Source of the DNA: an uncultured Clostridia bacterium | Lineage (GTDB): Bacteria > Bacillota > Clostridia > Christensenellales > Borkfalkiaceae | Assembly (NCBI GenBank): GCA_934248055.1 | Contig: CAKQKI010000008.1 | Span: forward strand, 1,835 to 65,834 | Direction: 5' to 3' | DNA length: 64,000 nucleotides | Part shown: one piece after another, positions 22,177 to 30,987 of the stretch | Layout: each line of letters opens with the position of its first letter | How positions within the stretch are numbered: position 1 is the stretch's first letter | The notes under the pieces: model-generated | What the model was told of the DNA's origin: nothing | Databases searched by the model: none | What the model saw: only the letters and a program-made list of their open reading frames with translations | Program-made: the position numbers and the translations under genes

Positions 22177-23226
22177 TTAAAAATCGTTGAACGTAAATTC
22201 GTCCCACGGGAGATTGACGGGTTTTTTTTCGGTTAAAATCTCGTCGGCATGTAAAAGCAGCGGGAAATCCGCGGCTTTCAATTCGCCGTTTCGTATAAGA
22301 ATTTTAACCGCTTTCGCCACTCTGCCGATAATTACGAGAGATTCGAGAGTAACGCCCTGTAATTTCGCTTTTGCCTCGTCTATATCGTATCCTTCGCCGA
22401 GCAGTACGCCCACAAGCCGCGTTCTGCCGCCGTACACGGTAACGTACAAATCGCCGAGCCCGATATAATAACTGTTTTCTTTTGCCTTGAACAAGCGCAA
22501 AAGTTTTTGCATTTCTTTCGCCGCTTCGAAGAAAATAGCCGCCTGCGAATTGAAATGCAATTCGCTGTTTTCGCCGAATTGCTTTTTATTAAGTCCTACC
22601 GTAAGCGCAATGCCCAACGCATAACCGTTTTTAAGCGCAACCGCCGCTTCGAGCCCGCGGATATCGGGGGTAATCGAAATATGATAGTATCCCGTTTTAA
22701 GCAAGCCTTTTAAAAATTCAAGCGTTTTAGAATCTCTGCCGCAGAATGCGACTTCTGTCTGATCGTGCGCCACGAGTTCGTAACTCGTGCAAGGTCCGCC
22801 TATCGCGTTGAAAGATATTTTCTTGTTTAACTTTTCCGCCGCCTTTTCCCAGAATTCGGGATAGGTTGTCAGAGCGCCGCTATTTTCGTTTACGAGCAAC
22901 CCTTTGGTTACGGACAGCACGATTTCGCCGTCTTTCAACTTAGGAATCACGTGTTCAGCAAACCATTCGACGCCGAAACTCGACACGCCCGAAATTACCG
23001 CCTGCGCGCCGTCGAGCGCAGCTTCGAGTTCTTCGATCTGATAATATTTCACGCCCTTGGGAAACGGCTTGTTAAACTTGGGATGCCTGTTTTCTTTTTT
23101 ACAGTTTTCTATAATTTCTCTGTCAAGATGCGTACCAACGAGCCGCACTTCGTTGCCGTTTTCCACCGCGGGAAACGCAAGCGCCGAGCCCATCATTCCC
23201 GCTCCTACTATCGTAATAACAGCCAT
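22177..23226 (-). CDS. NAD(P)-dependent glycerol-3-phosphate dehydrogenase family protein
   Basis: 349 aa. Rossmann motif IVGAGMMGSALA and a GpsA-like C-terminal domain. Confidence 0.7.
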   Translation of the reverse strand: MAVITIVGAGMMGSALAFPAVENGNEVRLVGTHLDREIIENCKKENRHPKFNKPFPKGVKYYQIEELEAALDGAQAVISGVSSFGVEWFAEHVIPKLKDGEIVLSVTKGLLVNENSGALTTYPEFWEKAAEKLNKKISFNAIGGPCTSYELVAHDQTEVAFCGRDSKTLEFLKGLLKTGYYHISITPDIRGLEAAVALKNGYALGIALTVGLNKKQFGENSELHFNSQAAIFFEAAKEMQKLLRLFKAKENSYYIGLGDLYVTVYGGRTRLVGVLLGEGYDIDEAKAKLQGVTLESLVIIGRVAKAVKILIRNGELKAADFPLLLHADEILTEKKPVNLPWDEFTFNDF

Positions 23227-23282
23227 ATCGTTTTACTCCTTTACGTATGATTTTTTTAACTGAATATTATTGATTGCCGACT

Positions 23283-24404
23283 TTAAATCCCGTTATTGAA
23301 AAATACGGTATACGGCGCTAATTTATCGCCCGTCGTAAAGCCTTTCTTTTTTCCCGCGTTCCGCACGTAAAATACCGCTCTGTCATTAAAAACTTCGAAC
23401 ACGAGATATTGCGCGAACAGCGGCGTTCCCGTATGCGGGTAATACTGCTTTTCTTTTAAACCGCCGTAACCCGTTAACCCGTCTTTATCGAAATTTTCAA
23501 CGTCGAACGGGCGCAGTCCGCCCATATGAACGAAAGTATAGCAATACTTTTTTCCGCGCGAATCGTTTTGCCCGAAATTATTGTTTAACGGATTATCGTT
23601 TTTATCGAAATGCAAAACCGCGCAAGACGAATTATCTTTGTATTCCACACGTTCGCCGTGAACGTGACCGTACAGATAAAACGCGTTTTTATGTCCTTTG
23701 AACATATCGTAAAACTTTTTAACGTTTCCGTTAACCATCGTTTCAACGAGTTCTTCGCCGTAATAATAGCACTTTGCAGATAAATGCCCTATAATAAACA
23801 CGGGCTTTATTCCGTCGGGATCGATTTCGTTCAATTTATTTTTTACCCAGTCAAGCGTTTCGTCGGTATAATAACCTTCGTGAGTATTGAAAGCCGTGTC
23901 GGGATCGATATTTATTCCTATAAAATCGACGCCGTTAACGACGTAATGAAACGCGTTTAAATATCTTTCTTCTATCTTATGAACAGACTTCGCTTTTAAT
24001 TTTTCCTTTGGCGGAAGTTCGCCGAACGATTTATCCATATAATCGTAAAAATCGGTCGTGTTATACGGCTCGTTTTCAGCCGTTCCTATATCGCCCAGAA
24101 TAAAATCGTTGTTTCCCGCAACGTATAAAACTTTTCCGCTTTTAGTCGTGCTTTCGGCAACGGTGTTGAGTTTTTGCTTTAAATCCAAAAAATTTTTTTT
24201 GGGCAAAGCGCAGGATTTATCCCATTCGGGATAGTCCGAAACGTTATCGCCGCCGATAATCGCAAGGTCCGCCTTTCCGAATTCTTTTACGGCGTTTTCC
24301 GCCGCAGTCAGATACGATTTTCTTAACGTTACGGGATAATCGAGCATTGCCTGCTGATTATGAATATCCGTAAAACAAAATGCCGTTAATACAGGTTTTT
24401 CCAT
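23283..24404 (-). CDS. Calcineurin-like metallophosphoesterase
   Basis: 373 aa. Motifs DIHN, GDNVSD, GNND and GHVHG. Confidence 0.7.
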   Translation of the reverse strand: MEKPVLTAFCFTDIHNQQAMLDYPVTLRKSYLTAAENAVKEFGKADLAIIGGDNVSDYPEWDKSCALPKKNFLDLKQKLNTVAESTTKSGKVLYVAGNNDFILGDIGTAENEPYNTTDFYDYMDKSFGELPPKEKLKAKSVHKIEERYLNAFHYVVNGVDFIGINIDPDTAFNTHEGYYTDETLDWVKNKLNEIDPDGIKPVFIIGHLSAKCYYYGEELVETMVNGNVKKFYDMFKGHKNAFYLYGHVHGERVEYKDNSSCAVLHFDKNDNPLNNNFGQNDSRGKKYCYTFVHMGGLRPFDVENFDKDGLTGYGGLKEKQYYPHTGTPLFAQYLVFEVFNDRAVFYVRNAGKKKGFTTGDKLAPYTVFFNNGI

Positions 24405-24430
24405 AATTAAAACTCCCTTGCGCTTAAAAC

Positions 24431-25066
24431 TTATTTTCTTAATTCTTCGTAAGAAGTTTCGAATTTTTCAACAAACGGCTTATACACTTTAAAATCTCTG
24501 AAAAAAATCTTGCTCGCATACACGCCGAGCCCTACTCTGCCGTATTTGCTTATCGGTTTTTTATCCAGCATTTCAACCACGAGTTCGCCGTCTACGAATA
24601 AAAATAAATTATTACCCGCCCGTCCGGTCTGAATATGATGTTCCGTCGAAGCGTCGAAATCTTTGATTTTCGTAAGAGCCTGCACTTTGTTTTTGAGCGG
24701 ATATTTTTCAATGCCGCACTTTCCTATCCACCAGCCTTGCAGTCCGCCTACGTACCCGGGCTTAGGAAGACCTTTTTTATAATTCCACCCGTCCGCGCAG
24801 AAAGTAAAGTTCAGATCGTTATCGTAAGGGGGAATGATTTTGCCGTAAAAATCAAGCAGAACGTCGCCTTTATAATGCTTATAGGAATAAATAAGACCGC
24901 CGCCGTCTTCTTCCATATAACCCGTAACGCCGCCGTTTTCGGCAATCCACTTACCGCCCGCAATCTCAAAATCTTTTTCAAGATTGCCGCCTGAAAAATC
25001 CGTCCGATACAGCAATTCGGATTTTTCAACCGTAATATCTTTTTCTTTTATTCTGAGTATCTGCAT
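24431..25066 (-). CDS. Hypothetical protein, possibly concanavalin-like (YesU/DUF1961-like)
   Basis: 211 aa. It resembles YesU-type jelly-roll proteins only by my recollection and is not verified. Confidence 0.35.
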   Translation of the reverse strand: MQILRIKEKDITVEKSELLYRTDFSGGNLEKDFEIAGGKWIAENGGVTGYMEEDGGGLIYSYKHYKGDVLLDFYGKIIPPYDNDLNFTFCADGWNYKKGLPKPGYVGGLQGWWIGKCGIEKYPLKNKVQALTKIKDFDASTEHHIQTGRAGNNLFLFVDGELVVEMLDKKPISKYGRVGLGVYASKIFFRDFKVYKPFVEKFETSYEELRK

Positions 25067-25087
25067 ATTTTAACAGTTTTCCTTTAT

Positions 25088-25121
25088 AAATCTTATTGCG
25101 CCGTAAATCTTATTGCGCCGT
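25088..25121. repeat. Perfect 17-bp tandem duplication (AAATCTTATTGCGCCGT x2)
   Basis: Read directly: unit 1 is 25088-25104 and unit 2 is 25105-25121. Confidence 0.95.
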
Positions 25122-25607
25122 CCAGACCCGACATAAACCAGCCGATATCCGACCTTACCGGACAGCGATTCGCCCGCTTTGTGACGAACGGACCGTTCCC
25201 GCATATTGATATTCCAAAACATTATACCCCAACTTCACGATATAGTCAATAAAAAACCTTCAACTCTCTTATTTTAAATTATACATACCGTATTATACAT
25301 ACTGTCAGCGGTATAAAGCAATACGCCCGTTTTACCGAGCCGATTTTTACTTTTTATAATTTTTAATTCCCGCGCGGCAATAATTCTTTGTCCCCCTGCT
25401 TAAACCGCCGCCCGATAGAATTTAAGGCGCTTGCCGCGGCTATTTATTCATAACGGTTATTTCCTTATTAAATATATCATTTATAAGAATCCGTTTCTAC
25501 CCGAAAACCTTATAAAATTTGCCTGATTTTTGATTTTTTAATTTTTTTATCGAAAGTATTGAAAAATTTTTTAAAATATATTAAAATGAATTTAAGGAGA
25601 AAAACTG

Positions 25608-26441
25608 ATGATTTATAACGACAGTTATATTTTAAAAACGGGTCATAGTTTTCTTGCGCCTATCTACGATCCGCCCCTTGCAACTCATAATCATACTTTT
25701 TTTGAGTTTTCTTTTATCAGACGGGGACATTGCGTAAACGTAATCAACGGCATAAGGTATCCCGTATCGCGCGGAATCTGCGCTTTACTACGCCCTTCCG
25801 ATTGCCATTTTTTTGACGACACGATGCCCGTAAATCCGAAAAAATACGAGCATATCGACGTGTACGTTTTTAAAGACGATTTTAAAAACTGTTGCGATGC
25901 AATCGATTTGAAATTGTATAACGATATAATAAATTCCGAATCTCCCGTCGTATTCAATCTTTCAAATCCCTTTCTCGAATCGCTCGATAATAAAATAGAC
26001 TACCTTATAAATAATCAGTCCGGCGAACTTGCGAAGATATTTCATAAAATCATTATCGTTTCGTTATTAGGGGCGTATCTTGAAGAAAAAGGACTTAACA
26101 ACCATAATTATCCGAAGTGGCTGAACGATTTGCTTGCAGACCTTAACACGATTGACGCGATAAGTTCGAATATTTCTGCTCTTGCCAAAAAATACGGCTA
26201 TTGCCCCGAACATTTAAGCCGCGAATTCAAAAAATTTACCGGTGAAAAACTTATAGATTACATAACCCGACAGAGAATAAAATATTCTTTGCCTTTAATA
26301 ACGGAAAACCATATGAGAATTATCGATATCGCGCAGATTCTCGGCTATCAGAAGCAAAGTTCTTTTTCGGCGAATTTCAAATCTATTATGAATTGCACGC
26401 CGAAACAGTTTCAACTGCTGCATGCCGCCGGGCAAAAATAA
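25608..26441 (+). CDS. AraC/XylS family transcriptional regulator
   Basis: 277 aa. C-terminal double HTH (ISALAKKYGYCPEHLSREFKK..., IIDIAQILGYQKQSSFSANFK). Confidence 0.8.
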   Translation: MIYNDSYILKTGHSFLAPIYDPPLATHNHTFFEFSFIRRGHCVNVINGIRYPVSRGICALLRPSDCHFFDDTMPVNPKKYEHIDVYVFKDDFKNCCDAIDLKLYNDIINSESPVVFNLSNPFLESLDNKIDYLINNQSGELAKIFHKIIIVSLLGAYLEEKGLNNHNYPKWLNDLLADLNTIDAISSNISALAKKYGYCPEHLSREFKKFTGEKLIDYITRQRIKYSLPLITENHMRIIDIAQILGYQKQSSFSANFKSIMNCTPKQFQLLHAAGQK

Positions 26442-26719
26442 TCCGAGCCGCGTTTAACTGCTGTGTTTTTTTAGTACTTCTAATCAGGAAGTTAACTACT
26501 AAAACCGATGAAAAACGAAGATAAAATCATGCGCGATAAAAATCAACGATCAGAAAATTTTTAACTTTTAATTAAATCAGCAAATAAAACGAACCTTCAA
26601 TATCGTAAAGATCGCTCGGTCTCAATGAATTTACCGATTATAAGGGTAATAACGTTTTAAGATAAAGAATGCAATTGCTTGTGTTCTGCATTTTAGATTA
26701 TACAGGGAAAAGTAATGAT

Positions 26720-29700
26720 ATGAAAAAGATGTTATGTAATTTTTGTCAGGAAACTTTAGAGTTTGAAAATCATAAATATACATGCCCGATTTGCGACAAA
26801 GAATGGAATGAAATTATCCTTAGCGATAAAAATTATTTCGATTCGGACTGCGTGTCTTATATCAATCCGATATTGACGTCAGAGTACCAAAGTTTTTATT
26901 CGTTATTGCAAAACAAACAAGTTTACGGGATTATTTTGCAAATTAAAGATATTTACGAAATCATCATCAGAATTCCCGTATTGCTGGTATGTTCTTTCAT
27001 TTTAAACGCCAAACACACGCTTAAAGGAAAGGAATTGCTTGTTTATATGATGTCTAAACCGCTGTCTTTAGGCGATTGGCGATACCTTATTTCGCTTGCT
27101 TCGGAAGTGGTAGACGAAATGGAAGAAACCGTTCCGATTGAGATCAAATCGTTGGTTAACATAGTAAAAAAATTCGTCTTTTCCGATAAAAACGGAGATA
27201 TCGTGTATTGGAGAAACAGCACCATTTCTCACGGAGCGACAAGGCAGTTAAACGATGCGGATTTATACGATGACGCCGCGACTAAATTAGAAGAAATTAC
27301 AGGTTTTTTTAAAAACAACGCTTCATTATTTCACAGTATTTCGTTCATTGACGAAAACGGCGTTGAATTGGACGAAAACAACAGCAAAATCTGCAAAAGA
27401 GGAAGGGTGTTTTTAAAAATCAACGATAAAAAATATTCTCTTTACCCTTTTTTCACCATAAAAGACGAGGGGATTTTTTTGTTCGACAGATATGTAAAAA
27501 AAATTAAAAAGACGGATATTATCGATTACGTAAAAAGCGTAAAAACCTCCGTCGAGTTTGAAGAATTAAATAATTTAAGTTTAGAAAATTCCATAAGTTT
27601 ATTTAATGCGGACAACAGTATAGACACATATACAATCGAAGAACGCGACCTTTGCGAAGAGATTGCCAACGGTAACGAATTTTTGTCACCCGATTACTTA
27701 ATCGAAGCGTTAAAAGAAGAATTAAAAAACAAAAAAAGCGTTTTTTCCATACAAATGGAAAAAGGAATGGGGAAAAGTTATTTCGTAAAAGGACTCGACG
27801 CGTTCTCATTGAATAATATTTTTATTGACGAACTTACCGTTAAAGCGTTTTATATTAATTCGACGTACAATTCCAGAGTAAACGATTTCTGTATTTGCGT
27901 CGAAGATTTAATGAGAAAAAAAACAAGCGGTTTTACGATTGCTAATTCGGTTATTCGTCTCAACATCAATTCGGCTGACCCGAGCAAGGCTTTTGCGGAT
28001 TTTTTAAACGAATACAAAAGAAAGTATTATTACGATAAAAAATTACTTTTTATTTTTGACGGAATAGACGAATTAAAAATTCAAACGGGCAAAAACATTA
28101 CCGATTTTATTCCCGATTACGATGATTTGGACGACGGAATTTATATTCTTTTGACTTTAAGAACCGATTCAAAAAACGATGAAATATCGCCGTTTGTTCG
28201 CGAATATATTTCTGATTTCAAAGGGAAAAAATATTGCTATACAAAATCAAGCGAAGAATATCTTTCGTTCGCAAAGAATTATTTTGATTTGTTTTTTGTT
28301 AAAAAAGTACTGTTGTTTTGCAAAAAAAATAAACTGAACAATAATATCAACGTGGCGAAAATGAGCGAAAAATTCTACGAAATCGAAGACAAGTCGATGT
28401 TGAATTTAAGCTTGATTCGCGAATTGACTCTTTTAAATTTAAACGACTGCATTAAAAAAGGAAACGATTATTTCAATGCCGACGAGTTGTCTTTCGGCAG
28501 CGATATGTACGTTTCTTATTTCAGCAGTATAAAAGAGTATTACGGTTCAAAATATTATGAGAAATTCGTCAACGTTTTGTGCCGTCTGGCAATTGCCGAC
28601 AGGGGGCTTTCCCTTGAAGAGTTGTCTGTTTTATCGGGAAACAACAATCTGAATTTTGCCTTTCTCGGCTTTATAAATTCCATGAAAATGTTTCTTGATA
28701 CAATCAGAGACAATAAGGGAACGTTGTTTACTATAGGCCACATAGATAGAAAGAGTATCATTTATTCGATTTTCAAACAAGAAATCGATAGTTTAAAAAA
28801 CGAGATTATTTTAAGAATAGAAAACGTTTCAAGTGACGCTTTTGCTTACGGAAACGTTGAAGACAACGTGTTTTATTGCTGTATTAACTCAATTCTCAAC
28901 GACTTAAACCCCGCAATTCCCGACGATTGCGCCGTTGCGTTCGATTTGTTTAAAAGCATGCTTAAATTGCCTTTGGATTTCGATTGGGGCGCGTTTCGTT
29001 CGACTATTATTTCCGAACTGATTGTTTTAAATAATATAACGGGGTTCGAGAAGTTTTCGTTCGACTTGAACGAAGAGCAAAAATACGATTATTTCATGAT
29101 TTTATCGAAAATCGCTTTTAATGAAATGATTTTAAAAAATACCTGTATAAGCGAGCAGTTTTTTGAAAAAGCAATTGCCTTCTATAAAGACGAAAGCGCA
29201 GACGAAAACAAGCAAAACGGTTATGCGGAAACGCTGTCTTTTTACGCTACTTTATTGTGGGATTTGGGAGAAAATGACAAGGCATATAACATTTATAAAG
29301 AAGTTGTAAAGTCCAAAAAGAATATAAATTTAACCGATAAACAATTAGTTTCTGACGTAGACCTTTTGTCGGAATACGTATGCCTGTCTAATATTGCCAA
29401 TTCGGCGCGTTTTTACGACGAGCAATTCAACAATTTAAAGTTCGTCGAACAAGGTTTGCCTTTATGTTGCGATTGCGAGAAAAAAGAGAGAACTCTCCCG
29501 TTTATGAGCGCGTGTTTTTTTAGTTATTACAGAGATATAAACGACGTAAAAAATGCGATATATTATATTAAAAACGCCATTTCGGAATATGATATATGCT
29601 GCCATAACCCCGAATCGAGAATGTATATTCCGGATTTGGTCAAGTGTATGTACAAATATATCGATTACATCAATTTAAACGATGCCGTTACGTGTGATTT

Positions 29701-29935
29701 CGACAAAGAAGAGAACTATTTTAATTCCTTAATCGATTATATTTCTCAAAATAAAGACTACGACGATCCTTTTTCATTTATGGAATACTTGTTTAGCCTT
29801 TACAGATTATACAAAACGAGAAATGATGAAAAAGCCAAGTATTATAAGGAAAAAATAATAAATTATTATTTACATTTAGATGACGCGTATAAAGAAAACG
29901 AACGTCTGGCAAAAATTATCGAAAAAGTTAATTAA
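26720..29935 (+). CDS. STAND-class P-loop NTPase (NACHT-like) with N-terminal zinc ribbon and HEPN-like motif and C-terminal TPR-like repeats
   Basis: Contents: Zn ribbon CNFC...CPIC; WRNSTISHG (Rx5H); Walker A GMGKS at 27764-27778; NACHT-style Walker B LLFIFDGIDE at 28043-28072; helical repeats in the last ~350 aa. I prefer the start at 26720 (MKKMLCNFC) over the ORF-track start at 26669. The gene is AT-rich. Confidence 0.65.
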   Translation: MKKMLCNFCQETLEFENHKYTCPICDKEWNEIILSDKNYFDSDCVSYINPILTSEYQSFYSLLQNKQVYGIILQIKDIYEIIIRIPVLLVCSFILNAKHTLKGKELLVYMMSKPLSLGDWRYLISLASEVVDEMEETVPIEIKSLVNIVKKFVFSDKNGDIVYWRNSTISHGATRQLNDADLYDDAATKLEEITGFFKNNASLFHSISFIDENGVELDENNSKICKRGRVFLKINDKKYSLYPFFTIKDEGIFLFDRYVKKIKKTDIIDYVKSVKTSVEFEELNNLSLENSISLFNADNSIDTYTIEERDLCEEIANGNEFLSPDYLIEALKEELKNKKSVFSIQMEKGMGKSYFVKGLDAFSLNNIFIDELTVKAFYINSTYNSRVNDFCICVEDLMRKKTSGFTIANSVIRLNINSADPSKAFADFLNEYKRKYYYDKKLLFIFDGIDELKIQTGKNITDFIPDYDDLDDGIYILLTLRTDSKNDEISPFVREYISDFKGKKYCYTKSSEEYLSFAKNYFDLFFVKKVLLFCKKNKLNNNINVAKMSEKFYEIEDKSMLNLSLIRELTLLNLNDCIKKGNDYFNADELSFGSDMYVSYFSSIKEYYGSKYYEKFVNVLCRLAIADRGLSLEELSVLSGNNNLNFAFLGFINSMKMFLDTIRDNKGTLFTIGHIDRKSIIYSIFKQEIDSLKNEIILRIENVSSDAFAYGNVEDNVFYCCINSILNDLNPAIPDDCAVAFDLFKSMLKLPLDFDWGAFRSTIISELIVLNNITGFEKFSFDLNEEQKYDYFMILSKIAFNEMILKNTCISEQFFEKAIAFYKDESADENKQNGYAETLSFYATLLWDLGENDKAYNIYKEVVKSKKNINLTDKQLVSDVDLLSEYVCLSNIANSARFYDEQFNNLKFVEQGLPLCCDCEKKERTLPFMSACFFSYYRDINDVKNAIYYIKNAISEYDICCHNPESRMYIPDLVKCMYKYIDYINLNDAVTCDFDKEENYFNSLIDYISQNKDYDDPFSFMEYLFSLYRLYKTRNDEKAKYYKEKIINYYLHLDDAYKENERLAKIIEKVN

Positions 29936-29949
29936 ACGGAGCGATAACT

Positions 29950-30987
29950 ATGAATAATATACAAGAATTTAAAAACGCCAAATACGGATTGATGATTCAT
30001 TTCGGCTTATATAGTTTGCTGGGAGGCGTGTATAAAGGACAACGCGGTCCTGCATACGCAGAATGGATTGAATGTAACAAGCGTATACCTAATGCCGAAA
30101 TCGACAAATTAGCGAGTGTTTTCAATCCTATTTATTTCGACGCCGACTATATTTGTCGCTTCGCAAAAGAATGCGGCATGAATTATATCGTCATCACGAC
30201 AAAACACCACGAAGGCTTTGCCTTGTTTAAATCGAATGCAGATAACTTTAATAGTTTCGACGGTACACCATGCAAAAGAGATTTAATAAAAGAATTGTCG
30301 GTTGCTTGCGAAAGATATGATTTAAAACTTGGTTTTTACTATTCTCAATGCATCGATTGGAGAGAGCCTGACGGCGGAGGATATACCGTAGACCCTAAAT
30401 ACTCCGCAGGCGCGTCATGGGATAACGATTGGGATTTTCCCGACAAAGAAAAAAAGAATTACGAGGCGTGTTTCAATAAAAAAATCTTACCTCAAGTCAA
30501 AGAAATTATGTCCGCTTACGGAAAGATATTTTTGGCCTGGTTTGATATGCCCCTTGATTCAACTTATCGACAAAGTGAAATATTATACAATACGGTAAAA
30601 GAATTGCAACCCGACTGTTTAATCAATTCCAGATTAGGAAACGGCAAATTCGATTACGTTTCTTTGGGGGATAACGAAATTCCCGATTTTATCCCTGACG
30701 CTATTTCGGCAAGCGTAGACGACAACGATATATGGGGATTTAAAAAATCTCCTTACGGACTTTACGAATCGGCATGCACTTTGAATAATTCGTGGGGATA
30801 TAGTTCTGTCGACGATGATTGGAAAACACCCGAAACCGTTTTAAATAACAGGATAAAGTTGGAAAGATTAGGCATAAATTACCTGATAAACGTAGGGCTG
30901 GATTGGTTGGGAAGAATACCCTTTAAAGCCGAAAACATATTGAGAGAGGTTCAAAAATTATATGAAGAAACGCAAACAAATAAATAA
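29950..30987 (+). CDS. GH29-family alpha-L-fucosidase-like protein (catalytic domain only)
   Basis: 345 aa. KYGLMIHFGLYS and TTKHHEGFALF match the GH29 N-terminal motifs. Confidence 0.75.
   Translation: MNNIQEFKNAKYGLMIHFGLYSLLGGVYKGQRGPAYAEWIECNKRIPNAEIDKLASVFNPIYFDADYICRFAKECGMNYIVITTKHHEGFALFKSNADNFNSFDGTPCKRDLIKELSVACERYDLKLGFYYSQCIDWREPDGGGYTVDPKYSAGASWDNDWDFPDKEKKNYEACFNKKILPQVKEIMSAYGKIFLAWFDMPLDSTYRQSEILYNTVKELQPDCLINSRLGNGKFDYVSLGDNEIPDFIPDAISASVDDNDIWGFKKSPYGLYESACTLNNSWGYSSVDDDWKTPETVLNNRIKLERLGINYLINVGLDWLGRIPFKAENILREVQKLYEETQTNK

Noticed and set aside
26583-26596. 13-nt match (AATAAAACGAACC) to the tRNA-Leu terminator region, considered as a candidate att site
   Set aside because: The match is to the reverse complement (inverted, not direct), lies outside the tRNA body, and is short and AT-rich. 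It is probably chance.
26669-26719. ORF-track start of the STAND gene (MQLLVFCILDYTGKSND)
   Set aside because: The 17 extra codons precede the zinc-ribbon and have no RBS. ATG 26720 (MKKMLCNFC) is the more plausible start, though neither has a strong Shine-Dalgarno.
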